Shown here: piece after piece, positions 26,768 through 36,968 of the stretch
How positions within the stretch are numbered: the first letter of the stretch is position 1
How the letters are laid out: every line of letters begins with the position of its first letter
Assembly (NCBI GenBank): GCA_965203175.1
Contig: OZ241867.1
Span: 576,001 to 640,000, forward strand
Direction: 5' to 3'
DNA: 64,000 bases
Source: Candidatus Latescibacterota bacterium
GTDB taxonomy: Bacteria > Latescibacterota > UBA2968 > UBA8231
The notes under the pieces: generated by a model
The model's database searches: none
The model's input: the letters and a program-made list of their open reading frames with translations, nothing else
What the model was told of the DNA's origin: nothing
Program-made: the position numbers and the translations under genes

Positions 26768-28797
26768 TCCAACACTCAGACATCATCGGCTGCGGGATAG
26801 GCGAGCCAGAGGCCACCAAGCTCCTCACCCAAATCGAAGCTCTCTCTGGCACGCCGGAAGCGCGCTGGTGGGAGGCGACCCGCTGCATTCTGCGGCCGGA
26901 TCATCCCTTTGCGCTGCACCAGTTGCTCTATCGGGCAATCTACGGCAGTGCGGGGGGGCCGGTGTTTTTTCCCGAGCCAGCAGATATTGAGCACGCGCAT
27001 ATGACGGCGCTGCGACGCGAGCTTGGTCTGGATTCGCACGCCGCGCTCTTTGCGTGGTCGGTTGCACAGCGAGAGGCGTTTTGGCAGCGGACGGTCGCCC
27101 GCTTGGGAATCTGCTTCCACAAGCCGTACACGCAGCTTCTCGATCTGTCCCAAGGCGTCGAAGCACCCAAGTGGTTTGTCGGGGCCGAGATGAATATCGC
27201 CGAGAGTTGCTTCCAAGCCCCCGCCGATCAGACGGCCATTGTCTTCCAGCGCGAGGGTGGCCGACTTGAGCGGATGAGTTTCGGCACCCTAGAAGCCCTG
27301 TGCGACCGGGTCGCCGGCGGGTTGTGCGCGTTGGGATTTGCTCCCGGCGACCGGATTGCCGTGGCCATGCCGATGACGGCCGAGTCGGTGGCGATCTATC
27401 TGGGGATCATCAAGGCCGGTTGCGCGGTGGTGGCCATTGCCGACAGTTTCGCCGCCCCCCAGATCGCCGCCCGGCTGCGGATTGGGGAGGCCAGAGCCGT
27501 TTTTACCCAAGACGTGATTTTGCGCGGTGGGCGCGAGTTGCCGCTGTACCCGCGCTTAGTTGCCGCAGAGGCCCCGCTGACGATTGTATTGCCGGGGCGC
27601 GTGGAAGGGTTGGCAGAGGCGCTGCGCCCCGGAGATCTGCACTGGGACGACTTCTTGCAAGCCGACGCTATATCCGCGGCCGTATCCTGCCACCCCGACG
27701 CGACAACCAACGTCTTGTTTTCATCGGGAACTACCGGCGATCCCAAGGCCCTGCCCTGGACCCATGTCAACCCGATCAAGTGCGGCGCAGACGCGCATTA
27801 TCACCAAGATGTCCACCCAGGTGATGTGGTCGCTTGGCCGACCAATCTAGGCTGGATGATGGGGCCGTGGCTGATCTACGCCGCCTTTTTGAACCGGGCG
27901 ACCATGGCGCTCTACTATGGCAAGGCGACGGAGCGAGACTTTGGGGAGTTTGTGCAAGCGGCCGGCATTACCATGCTCGGTATCATTCCAAGCATGGTGC
28001 GGACTTGGCGCAGCACGGCCTGCATGGACGGAATCGACTTTTCGGCGATTCGGGCTTTCAGTACCACCGGGGAGTGCTCCAATCCCGAGGATATGCACTA
28101 TCTGATGGCGCTGGCGAGGTATCGGCCCATACTCGAATACTGCGGCGGCACCGAACTAGCGGGCGGCTATTTGCTCAGTACGCTAGTCGAGCCAGTCGCA
28201 CCCGCGACCTTTAATTCAGCAGCGCTGGGAACGGATTTGGAGATTTTGGACGAAGACGGGCAGGAGTGCGCAAGCGGCGAAGTCTTTCTGGTACCGCCAG
28301 CCATTGGCATGTCAACTCGAGTGCTCAACCGCGACCACCGCGAAGTGTACTACGCGGGCGTACCCAAGCGGAATGGAGTGCCACTGCGCCGCCACGGCGA
28401 CCAAGTCGAGCGACTGGCTCCGGGCATCTACCGGGTCCACGGCCGGGTCGACGACGTGATGAACCTAGGCGGAATTATGGTGAGTTCCGCAGAGATCGAG
28501 CGAGCCTTGAATGCGATGCCGGGCGTGGTCGAAACCGCGGCGATTGCAATGCCGCCGCCGGGGGGCGGACCGAGCCTGCTGGTGATCTTCGCGGTGCTGG
28601 AGGACGCCGGCGACCACTTGCAAGCCTGTCCTGAGCAAAGTCGAAGGGACGCGATGCAGCAGACGATCCGCCGGGAACTCAATCCGCTCTTCAAGATTCA
28701 CGAAGTAGTAGTAGTAGAATCGCTGCCGCGAACCGCGTCGAACAAGGTGATGCGGCGGGTTTTGCGGCAGCGCTACGGAAGAGACCCGCGCGAATAG
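26764..28797 (+). CDS. AMP-dependent acyl-CoA synthetase (Acs-like, AAE17/18 type)
   Basis: [35 protein letters not shown]. Confidence 0.9.
   Translation: MIQHSDIIGCGIGEPEATKLLTQIEALSGTPEARWWEATRCILRPDHPFALHQLLYRAIYGSAGGPVFFPEPADIEHAHMTALRRELGLDSHAALFAWSVAQREAFWQRTVARLGICFHKPYTQLLDLSQGVEAPKWFVGAEMNIAESCFQAPADQTAIVFQREGGRLERMSFGTLEALCDRVAGGLCALGFAPGDRIAVAMPMTAESVAIYLGIIKAGCAVVAIADSFAAPQIAARLRIGEARAVFTQDVILRGGRELPLYPRLVAAEAPLTIVLPGRVEGLAEALRPGDLHWDDFLQADAISAAVSCHPDATTNVLFSSGTTGDPKALPWTHVNPIKCGADAHYHQDVHPGDVVAWPTNLGWMMGPWLIYAAFLNRATMALYYGKATERDFGEFVQAAGITMLGIIPSMVRTWRSTACMDGIDFSAIRAFSTTGECSNPEDMHYLMALARYRPILEYCGGTELAGGYLLSTLVEPVAPATFNSAALGTDLEILDEDGQECASGEVFLVPPAIGMSTRVLNRDHREVYYAGVPKRNGVPLRRHGDQVERLAPGIYRVHGRVDDVMNLGGIMVSSAEIERALNAMPGVVETAAIAMPPPGGGPSLLVIFAVLEDAGDHLQACPEQSRRDAMQQTIRRELNPLFKIHEVVVVESLPRTASNKVMRRVLRQRYGRDPRE
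28624..28648. repeat. CCTGAGC-nnn-GTCGAAGG palindromic element, apparent in-frame insertion
   Basis: GCCTGTCCTGAGCAAAGTCGAAGGG encoding ACPEQSRR. Confidence 0.65.
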
Positions 28798-28837
28798 CGA
28801 CGCGCAGGCTCGTAGAACTGAGCGAAAGGAGCATCCG

Positions 28838-30292
28838 ATGCGACATGGTTATTTGTCCGTTTTGCTGCTGCTGGTAGCGATATATCCGGCTGAAGCTGGC
28901 CGCTACGACGATCCGCGCTTCCTCACCAACCACCTCGTCTCCGGTGGAGTGGCCAAAGACGGCATCCCCGCTCTGACCAATCCCATTTTCGTGGCACCGA
29001 ACGAAGTGGGCTACCTAGCGGAAGACGACGTGGTCATGGGGATAGTCATCAACGGCGAACCGCGAGCGTACCCGCACAACATCGGCTGGTGGAACGAGAT
29101 CATCAACGACCGCGTCGGCGATCAGTCGGTCGTAGTGTCTTTGTGTCCGCTTACAGGTACTGGTCAAGTCTTCAACGCCACGGACGGCGACGGCTCGCAA
29201 ATCGAGTTCGGGGTCTCCGGTCTGCTGATCAACAGCAACTTGGTCATGTACGACCGGCGCGACGGCGAAACGCTCTACCCGCAGATGATTTACACGGCCA
29301 TTAACGGCGATCGGGCCGGCGATCGCCTAGAGCTGATGCCCGTAGTGGAGACGACTTGGGCACTGTGGCAGCGGATGTACCCAAGCACCACCGTGGTACA
29401 AGCCACCACTGGCTGGGAGTATTACAACTCGCGACCAGCTTACAACGAAGACCAATACACTTTCTATCCTTACGGCGATTACCGCACCAGCCACGAGTAC
29501 CTGATTTTCCCGCCGACGACCAACAACGGCGCATTCGACCATCGCTTTGAGACCAAAGACCTAGTGTTGGGATTGTGCCGCAATGACCAGACCAAGGCAT
29601 ATCCCTTCGCGCTGATGCCCGACGGAGTGGTAATCAACGATATCATCGGCGACGACCTCGTAGTCGTTCTATTCGACGCCGCGTCGCGCACGGCCTTGGC
29701 CTATTTCAACCAACTCGACGACGAGCCATTGAGCTTTTACGGGGTAGAGTCCGAGGGGCCGTTACCAGTAGAATTCATGGATGCGGAGACGGGTTCGCGT
29801 TGGAACATGCTCGGAGAAGCCGTCGCGGGGCCGCTCGCGGGGCGGCGATTAGCGCAAGTCCCCGCCTACAATGCCATGTGGTTTGCCTGGACCGCCTACT
29901 GGCCCGATACAGAGGTTTGGCAGCCGGGTGAGGGGATTCTCAGCCAAGAGGATATCGAGCAGATCGAGCAAGCCGCAACGGCCGTCGAATCCTTTGACGT
30001 TGCGCCCGCGGACTTTGCCCTGCGGCAAAATTTTCCCAACCCGTTCAACGCCCAAACGCTGATCCAGTACGAGCTTCCAACAGCCGGACCGGTGCGGCTT
30101 GGCGTGTTCAACGCAACTGGGCAGCGGGTGCGCTTGCTGGTGGACGAACACCAAGCGGCCGGACTATACTTGCAGCCCTGGGACGGGCGCAACGACGCCG
30201 GGCAGCAAGTAGCCAGCGGCGCGTACCTATACCGACTGGAAGCACCGACGGCCGGATTTGTCCAAGCGCGAGGCATGGTTCTGGTGCGCTGA
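28838..30292 (+). CDS. Secreted DUF3179 protein with C-terminal FlgD-Ig/T9SS type A-like sorting domain
   Basis: GGVAKDGIPAL..P, RAYP, EIIND, CPLTG, FGVSGLL.NSNLVMYDR, WFAW; QNFPNPFN...WDGRNDAGQQVASGAYLYRL. Confidence 0.88.
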   Translation: MRHGYLSVLLLLVAIYPAEAGRYDDPRFLTNHLVSGGVAKDGIPALTNPIFVAPNEVGYLAEDDVVMGIVINGEPRAYPHNIGWWNEIINDRVGDQSVVVSLCPLTGTGQVFNATDGDGSQIEFGVSGLLINSNLVMYDRRDGETLYPQMIYTAINGDRAGDRLELMPVVETTWALWQRMYPSTTVVQATTGWEYYNSRPAYNEDQYTFYPYGDYRTSHEYLIFPPTTNNGAFDHRFETKDLVLGLCRNDQTKAYPFALMPDGVVINDIIGDDLVVVLFDAASRTALAYFNQLDDEPLSFYGVESEGPLPVEFMDAETGSRWNMLGEAVAGPLAGRRLAQVPAYNAMWFAWTAYWPDTEVWQPGEGILSQEDIEQIEQAATAVESFDVAPADFALRQNFPNPFNAQTLIQYELPTAGPVRLGVFNATGQRVRLLVDEHQAAGLYLQPWDGRNDAGQQVASGAYLYRLEAPTAGFVQARGMVLVR

Positions 30293-30322
30293 CCAGCGCA
30301 CGCGAAACTTAGGAGAGAAGAC

Positions 30323-32677
30323 ATGAGCAATTTTCTCAGTCGCTATTTGCACTGGTTGCACCTGCGGTGGCCAGCCGGCGTGGTGGAGAAGTTGCCACGG
30401 GTGGATGAGCACGGGCAGAGCAATGTCCCCGGGCTGTACATCGTCGGCGACTTGACCGGGATTCCGCTGTTGAAGTTCTCGGCCGATACGGGTGCGCGGG
30501 CCGTGCAGCACATCGCGGCCGACGAGGCATTCCAGCGCGGCAAGGAGCAGGAGGATGTCTTGGACTTGGCGATTATCGGCGCGGGCGTTTCCGGTATGTC
30601 CGCAGCCTTGGAGGCGCGGGAGGCCGGGCTGTCGTTTGTGCTTTTAGAGGCGACCGAGCCGTTTTCCACGCTGGTCAATTTCCCCAAGGGAAAGCCCATC
30701 TATACCTATCCCACCGAGATGGAACCGGCCGGGCAGATCCGCTTTGGCGCCGAGGTCAAGGAGCCGCTGATCGAGGAGTTGCACGCGCAGACGCTCGCCC
30801 AAGGCATCGAGCCGACCATAGCGCGGGTCGAGCAGGTAAAAAAGCGGGGAGACCTTTTTGAGTTGGAGATTCCGCGCCAAGAAAACATCAAGGCTCGCCG
30901 CGTGATCGTCGGGATCGGGCGCTCGGGCAACTTTCGCAAGTTAGGGGTGCCGGGCGAACAATTGGACAAGGTCTTCAACCGCTTGCACGATCCCGTTGAC
31001 TTCTGCGACAAAGACGTGCTGGTCGTCGGCGGCGGCGACAGCGCCTTAGAGGCGGCCATTGCCATCGCCCAATGCGGAGGGCGAGTGACCGTCTCCTATC
31101 GCAAACCCGAATTTTCTCGCCCCAAGCCCGAAAACGTCGAAAAGCTGAACATGCTCGCGGCCGATCCAATGGCCGACGTGGCCGTGGACACCCCCTCTTC
31201 CGAGCGGGTAACCACCAGCAGCGGTGCCTTTATGGAGCAGGGCCGCCAAGCGGGATCAATCCGCCTGCTGATGGCCAGCCAAGTACTGCACATCGAGGAC
31301 GACGCAGTCGCGCTCAAAGACGCCGAGGGCCAGGAACTGAGCCTGCCCAACGACGCGGTGTTTTCCATGATTGGGCGCGAAGCACCGCTCGACTTTTTCA
31401 GACGCAGCGGCGTGGAGATCAACGGCGAATGGAGCCCTAAGCGTTGGCTATCTCTGGGGCTCATCCTGCTGGCGGCGGTTTTCATCTACCACTGGAAGAC
31501 CGACGCGGGCATTCCGGTCAAGAAGTGGTTCGACCAAGCCGATCTCTTCCCCTTCAACCTAGCAGCACCACCGACAGCCCATACCCTGTGGGACACGATA
31601 CAGGTATCGATGACTCAGCCGAGTTTCTACTACTCGCTGGCCTATTGCCTGTGCGTCGTCCTATTCGGCTTGCAGCGCATAAAGCGACGGCGCACGCCGT
31701 ACATCAAGGTGCAGACGCTGACGCTAATGGCGGTCCAGTGCATTCCGCTTTTTCTGCTGCCCTATGTGTTTTTGCCTTGGGCTGGCTACAATGGCTGGTT
31801 CGACGAGGGTGCTTGGCTCAAGCCGATGGCCGATGGCCTGTTTCCCGAGTCGCAATGGGCCGAACACGGGCGCGAGTACTGGCGATCTCTGGGGTTGATC
31901 CTCGCTTGGCCGCTGTTCTTTTGGAACGTCTTCACCAGCGAGCCGCTGTGGTGGTGGCTGGCCATTAGCCTCGTGCAGACCTTCGTCATCATCCCGCTGA
32001 TCATCTACTTCTGGGGCAAAGGAGCGTACTGCGGCTGGATCTGCTCGTGCGGTGCTTTGGCCGAAACCATGGGCGACAATCACCGGCACAAAATGCCGCA
32101 CGGCATGGTGTGGAACAAGGTGAACATAGTGGGGCAAGTCGCGCTGCTGCTGGCCAGCGTGCTGCTTATCTTGCGCCTAGTGGGCTGGGCTTTGCCGCAC
32201 GATCACTGGATCAACGGAGCCTACATGGGGCTATTTATGGGCAAGGGTACAAACTGGGGCAACTTGCCCTTCCCGCTGACTTTTCTCAACTACGTGTGGT
32301 CGGTTGATTTGCTGCTGGCCGGCATCTTAGGCGTCGGGCTGTACTGGCATTTCAGCGGCCGGATGTGGTGCCGCTTCGCCTGTCCGCTGGCGGCCCTGAT
32401 GCACGTGTACGCGCGCTTCAGCCGCTTCCGCATCCTCGCCGACAAGAAAAAGTGCATCTCCTGCAATGTCTGCACCTCAGTGTGCCACCAAGGCATCGAC
32501 ATTATGAACTTCGCCAACAAGGGGCTGCCTATGGCTGACCCGCAGTGCGTGCGCTGTAGCGCGTGCGTGCAGTCTTGCCCCACGGGTGTGCTAGAATTTG
32601 GTCAGGTTGATAAAAACGACAAGGTGATAAAGACCGACGGGCTAGCGGCTTCGCCGGTGCGGATGCAGGAGAAATAG
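30323..32677 (+). CDS. FAD/NAD(P)-binding oxidoreductase fused to a NapH/MauN-like membrane polyferredoxin
   Basis: SNVPGLYIVGD, IIGAGVSG, VVGGGDSALE; TM helices; CGWICSCG, CRFACP and two CxxCxxCxxxC motifs. Confidence 0.85.
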   Translation: MSNFLSRYLHWLHLRWPAGVVEKLPRVDEHGQSNVPGLYIVGDLTGIPLLKFSADTGARAVQHIAADEAFQRGKEQEDVLDLAIIGAGVSGMSAALEAREAGLSFVLLEATEPFSTLVNFPKGKPIYTYPTEMEPAGQIRFGAEVKEPLIEELHAQTLAQGIEPTIARVEQVKKRGDLFELEIPRQENIKARRVIVGIGRSGNFRKLGVPGEQLDKVFNRLHDPVDFCDKDVLVVGGGDSALEAAIAIAQCGGRVTVSYRKPEFSRPKPENVEKLNMLAADPMADVAVDTPSSERVTTSSGAFMEQGRQAGSIRLLMASQVLHIEDDAVALKDAEGQELSLPNDAVFSMIGREAPLDFFRRSGVEINGEWSPKRWLSLGLILLAAVFIYHWKTDAGIPVKKWFDQADLFPFNLAAPPTAHTLWDTIQVSMTQPSFYYSLAYCLCVVLFGLQRIKRRRTPYIKVQTLTLMAVQCIPLFLLPYVFLPWAGYNGWFDEGAWLKPMADGLFPESQWAEHGREYWRSLGLILAWPLFFWNVFTSEPLWWWLAISLVQTFVIIPLIIYFWGKGAYCGWICSCGALAETMGDNHRHKMPHGMVWNKVNIVGQVALLLASVLLILRLVGWALPHDHWINGAYMGLFMGKGTNWGNLPFPLTFLNYVWSVDLLLAGILGVGLYWHFSGRMWCRFACPLAALMHVYARFSRFRILADKKKCISCNVCTSVCHQGIDIMNFANKGLPMADPQCVRCSACVQSCPTGVLEFGQVDKNDKVIKTDGLAASPVRMQEK

Positions 32678-32696
32678 GGCGACTTTTGTGGATGCC

Positions 32697-34025
32697 CTAG
32701 TCAACATCGTCTAAACCTAGTTCTTCAACTGAAGGAGGCGCAACTCTTGGCCGCTTTTGAATAATTGCTGCAAATTTTGGTTCAAACCTAGTGCGGATAA
32801 AGCTGCGACGGGCATGGGCCTTAGCGGGTTTGTTCGTCTCCTTGTACATGCTGCGCAGCCACTTCGGATTCACGGTCTCTCCAACTACCGCCGCGATTTG
32901 TTCAACCTCGTTTTCCGTGAGCATGTACTCGCTGGCCAGCAACTGTACCTCATCTTCCATTGCTGCAATCAGATCCTTTGCGTCGTCGTCAACCAAGCGA
33001 TCGGCAACAGCCTTGGCCGCAAACTGCGCCCCGGTGCCACCAGCCAACCCACCTACGACGCCACCGATAAAACTGCCTATAGTCGTGCTGATAAAAGACA
33101 CTGCACCGCCAACGGCGTCGCCTGCGATCATGCCGCCCATCCAGCCGCCAACCCCCCCTGCAACCGCGGCCGCATTCACCGTGGTGTTCTTGGCAAACTG
33201 CCGCCAAGAAATGGAACCGACGAAAGCGGCTCGGTAGAAGTCTGGAGCACTTGTCACTACGGTTGTTATGACCGCGGTTATAGCATTGGAACGGAGGAGT
33301 CTGGATACGTTACTGAATGCGCCAGCCCCAGAGACCGCTCTCCCAAGGGACCCAGCGGCGATGCGCTGGACCGCCTCGCGCCCACTGTCAGCGGCCAAGC
33401 GGGCGGTGCTGCTCACCTTGAGTAAGACGGGAACGCGCTGGATAATCTCGCGGCCGCCCTCCGTATTTAAGGTGCGCCATAAGGCCCTTACCCCATTACG
33501 CACTGCTGCCACTCCGATGGCAGCATTCTTAGAACGCAACAACTGGATGCTAGCGAAAGGAAGAAACCACTGGGCGTTAACAATGCTTTTTATGAGCGCA
33601 TTGCTGCCATTATTTCGAGGATCGAGTGCGGATCGGAACGCCGCTCTGACCGCTGCTGGGCTACTCGTGCCGCCGTGGAGGTCTTGGGCATAGGTAATAA
33701 TAGACGAGACCGACGACGCACCCGTAGCGGTCACGCGTTGCGTTTTTGCATCAAAGACCAAGCAATCGACATTCCCCGCACGAGCTATGTTCCGCGCCTG
33801 CGTATAGGTCACCGTGCCCTGCTTAACCAGCGCGGCCGCGGGATTCGCAACCCCCGGAACCTTGCCCTGTGCGATGCGGTCGCGCATCTGCTGCACGCAG
33901 GCTTCGTACTGATCCTTGGGAACTTCGAGGACCTGCCCTAGATAGCGGTAATTCCCCGATCTTGAATCGAACGCTGCATGAACCGTTGCGGATGCGCTCT
34001 GGCAATAGTTCGATTGAACGCGCAA
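32697..34025 (-). CDS. Hypothetical Gly/Ala-rich glycine-zipper membrane protein, possibly 5'-truncated
   Basis: Long ORF with GxxxG zipper (AVAGGVGGWMGG...GGVVGGLAGG); weak TTG start with an in-frame stop 5 codons upstream. Confidence 0.55.
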   Translation of the reverse strand: MRVQSNYCQSASATVHAAFDSRSGNYRYLGQVLEVPKDQYEACVQQMRDRIAQGKVPGVANPAAALVKQGTVTYTQARNIARAGNVDCLVFDAKTQRVTATGASSVSSIITYAQDLHGGTSSPAAVRAAFRSALDPRNNGSNALIKSIVNAQWFLPFASIQLLRSKNAAIGVAAVRNGVRALWRTLNTEGGREIIQRVPVLLKVSSTARLAADSGREAVQRIAAGSLGRAVSGAGAFSNVSRLLRSNAITAVITTVVTSAPDFYRAAFVGSISWRQFAKNTTVNAAAVAGGVGGWMGGMIAGDAVGGAVSFISTTIGSFIGGVVGGLAGGTGAQFAAKAVADRLVDDDAKDLIAAMEDEVQLLASEYMLTENEVEQIAAVVGETVNPKWLRSMYKETNKPAKAHARRSFIRTRFEPKFAAIIQKRPRVAPPSVEELGLDDVD

Positions 34026-34099
34026 GTCTTCAACTCTCGCTCACCGGGCCGGAAATGCGTTTGTTGCGCTGACCTTCCGGCAATCCACGGCCAAACCCA

Positions 34100-35566
34100 C
34101 TAACCACTAGCCAGTGCCTGCTCTAGCTGCTGGCAAAACGTCTCGATGACCTTGAGGCGGGCGAAGCGTTTGTCGTTGCCCTCTACCAAGGTCCAAGGAG
34201 CAGCGGTCGTGTGGGTCCGAGCTACCATGTCGTCAACCGCGGCCTCGTACTCGTCCCATTTCTCTCGGTTGCGCCAGTCTTCGTCGGTGATCTTCCAGCG
34301 CTTGTGCGGAGTCACCTGCCGCGCCTTGAAGCGCCGCAGTTGCTCGTCCTTGTCTATGTGAATCCAGTACTTGGCCACCACCGCGCCGTGGTCTGTTAGC
34401 TGCGCCTCAAAATCGTTGATTTCGCCGTACGCCCGCTGCCAAGCCGCTTCGTCGGCAAAGCCCTCGACGCGCTCGACTAGCACCCGGCCATACCAACTGC
34501 GGTCGAAAATCACCATCCGACCTGCGCGCGGCAGGTGGCACCAAAAGCGCCAGAGGTAGTGTTGGGCGTGTTCCTCTTCCGTGGGAGCGGCGATTTGGAT
34601 GATCTGATAGATACTGGCGTCGAGAGGGTCCGTCAGGCGCTGGATGACCCCGCCCTTGCCCGCTGCATCGGCTCCCTCGAAAACCAAGACGGTCGAAAGG
34701 CCTTTGCGGCGCGCCTGCTGCGTCAAGCGATAGAGCCAGCCTTGGTATCGCTCGAGCAGGGCTTGGTACTCCTTCTTGGGCACCCGCTGTTCCATGTCCA
34801 ATGGAGTCAACACGTTGGGCGCGGACGGCCAGTCTGACTCGACGAGTTTGGGACGGCTCTTCTTTTTATCTAGACGCTGGCGGATGGCGTCGCGCACGGC
34901 ATGGCCCACCGCCAATGCGTAGTGAGGATCGCTGCCGTCGACAACCTGCCAACGAGCATCGCGGATGTCGGTCTTTTGCAGTAAGCGGTCACCGGCTCGT
35001 TTGAACTCGTCGTAGTACTTCAAGCCCTCTCTCGCATCCGCGTTCACCCGCCAACGGGTCAGCGGGTTCTGCTCTAAGTCCGCAATGCGTTGCTGCCGCG
35101 CCTCTTGGTCCAAGTGAATCCACAACTTGATCAGCAGCGCACCATCGACTACGAGCTCATTCTCAAAGGCCGTGATGCGGCCAACGTCGCGCTTAAACAC
35201 TGCCTCATCGCTGCGCCCATGAGCCAAGTCGCGCAGCGGGCGATCGTACCAGCCGTTCAAGTATATGCCGATGGTTCCCTTTGGCGGCAGGGAGAGCCAG
35301 TAGCGCCAGTACTCTGGACGCTCGCGCTCTTCTGTGGACGGCGACTCAAAGGCGCAGACCGCAATGCCGTGCGAGTCCATCCACTGCCTGAGCATGTTGC
35401 TCGCCTCGCCCGCACCTGCGCCGGCACAACCACCCAAGACGATGATGGTTGGAAATCGAGCTTGCTGTAGCCGTTCTTGAGCCGCGATCAGTTCCGTGCG
35501 CAGCTCGGATTCGAGCTTCTTGTATCGGCCATTCGGAACGCCGCGCTCCTTCTCGTTGGTTGCCAT
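34100..35566 (-). CDS. ppk2: Two-domain polyphosphate kinase 2 (polyphosphate:AMP phosphotransferase)
   Basis: C-domain EGADAAGKGG, FDRSWYGRVLVERV, WKITDEDWRNR; N-domain P-loop degenerate; start MATNEKE after an RBS. Confidence 0.9.
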   Translation of the reverse strand: MATNEKERGVPNGRYKKLESELRTELIAAQERLQQARFPTIIVLGGCAGAGAGEASNMLRQWMDSHGIAVCAFESPSTEERERPEYWRYWLSLPPKGTIGIYLNGWYDRPLRDLAHGRSDEAVFKRDVGRITAFENELVVDGALLIKLWIHLDQEARQQRIADLEQNPLTRWRVNADAREGLKYYDEFKRAGDRLLQKTDIRDARWQVVDGSDPHYALAVGHAVRDAIRQRLDKKKSRPKLVESDWPSAPNVLTPLDMEQRVPKKEYQALLERYQGWLYRLTQQARRKGLSTVLVFEGADAAGKGGVIQRLTDPLDASIYQIIQIAAPTEEEHAQHYLWRFWCHLPRAGRMVIFDRSWYGRVLVERVEGFADEAAWQRAYGEINDFEAQLTDHGAVVAKYWIHIDKDEQLRRFKARQVTPHKRWKITDEDWRNREKWDEYEAAVDDMVARTHTTAAPWTLVEGNDKRFARLKVIETFCQQLEQALASG

Positions 35567-35701
35567 TGATCGCCTCTCTACCTTACTAAACATAGTAAAA
35601 AATTTGCCGCAGATGTCCAGTCGGCAATCCGCAACGCGCCGATTGCCGACCACAGGGTAAAACCGTAGATTTTTGCATCCCTTGGCAAAGGAGCCTTTGG
35701 C

Positions 35702-36952
35702 ATGGAAGTACTCGGCGGACCGCTTTTTGGCGTTGCCGGAGCAGGCGAATCGCACGGGCCGGCAATTGTCACTACGGTCTTCGGCTGTCCCCCCGGCTTA
35801 TGGGTGGAGCGTGCCCAAATCCAGCACTATCTCGACCGCCGCCGCCCCGGCAGCAATAAGCTAGGCACCCCCCGGCGGGAAGACGACCAAATCGCCCTGC
35901 TGTCTGGCCTCTACTCAGAGGATCACGACCAGCTCCTATCCGGTCCGGCGCTGCACTTGCACCTAGACGAAGACGCGACGCCGGTGCATACCTATGAAGC
36001 GGGCTTCACTACGGGCGAGCCAATTGCTGCAGCCGTGCTCTCAGCCGCCAAGCGTTCGGGCGATTACAAGCAATTCGCCGGGCCGCAGGGCCACGTCCGG
36101 CCCGGGCATACCGACTTAGTCAAGTACTACAAGTCGCGGGGCTTTGTCGATGTGCGCGGCGGTGGACGCTCCAGCTATCGCTCGACCATCTCCGACGTCA
36201 TCGGCGGCACCATTGCCCGCCTCTATCTAGCCGAACACTTCGGCACGGCCATTTTCTCTTCGATCTGCCAAGTCGGACCGCTGGAGACGGGCATTTATCT
36301 AGCGGCACGAGTCGCCGAACTAGTCGCCGAAGCCGACGGGCAGCACTTGTCTCCCGCAACGCGTGCCGCCCTCGAAAGCGATCTAGAGCGCGGACCGCTC
36401 CGCGCGGTGGATGCGGATTTCGCTCATCAAGCGGCCGAACTGATTGCCAAAACCCGCAAGGAGCAGGACTCGATCGGCGCTGCGCTCGAAGTAGTGGCCG
36501 TCAACGTGCCTCCTCTCGTCGGCGAACCGCTGTACCAAAGCCTGAAGTTGCGCCTGATGGGCAGCCTCGGCGGCTTGCATGCCGTGCAAGCTTGCGAAAT
36601 AGGCACGGGCCGCGCTTCGTCTGCGCGCCATGGCAGCGAGCACAACGATCCCATCCGCACCAGTGGCTACCAGAGCAACAGCCACGGCGGCCTGCTCGGC
36701 GGCGTGACCACGGGTATGCCGCTAGTATGCCGCTTGAGTTTCAAGCCCACGGCCACCATTGCCCGGCCCCAAGATTCCGTGCGCAAGGACCTCGGAGAAA
36801 TCGAATTCCAACTCGCCAAGGGCCGCCACGATCCCTGCGTGGGCGTGCGCGCTGGCGCAACCTTAGAGTCGCGGCTGGCCATCGAGTTGATGAACGCCGT
36901 GCTCATGCACCAAGCGCACTGCATGGATGTGGAAAATTTCAAACTTTTCTAA
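35702..36952 (+). CDS. aroC: Chorismate synthase (divergent)
   Basis: GESHG, RRRPG, TTGEPI, RPGHTD, RGGGRSS, GGLLGGVTTG, FKPTATI, GRHDPC. Confidence 0.9.
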   Translation: MEVLGGPLFGVAGAGESHGPAIVTTVFGCPPGLWVERAQIQHYLDRRRPGSNKLGTPRREDDQIALLSGLYSEDHDQLLSGPALHLHLDEDATPVHTYEAGFTTGEPIAAAVLSAAKRSGDYKQFAGPQGHVRPGHTDLVKYYKSRGFVDVRGGGRSSYRSTISDVIGGTIARLYLAEHFGTAIFSSICQVGPLETGIYLAARVAELVAEADGQHLSPATRAALESDLERGPLRAVDADFAHQAAELIAKTRKEQDSIGAALEVVAVNVPPLVGEPLYQSLKLRLMGSLGGLHAVQACEIGTGRASSARHGSEHNDPIRTSGYQSNSHGGLLGGVTTGMPLVCRLSFKPTATIARPQDSVRKDLGEIEFQLAKGRHDPCVGVRAGATLESRLAIELMNAVLMHQAHCMDVENFKLF

Positions 36953-36968
36953 TCTCAACTTCTAAAGC

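Noticed and set aside
28838-30292. Selenocysteine recoding in DUF3179 or the redoxin
   Set aside because: No in-frame TGA; the ORFs are continuous with Cys codons
34830-35566. Degenerate P-loop in the first PPK2 domain as a novelty
   Set aside because: Known feature of two-domain class II PPK2 enzymes
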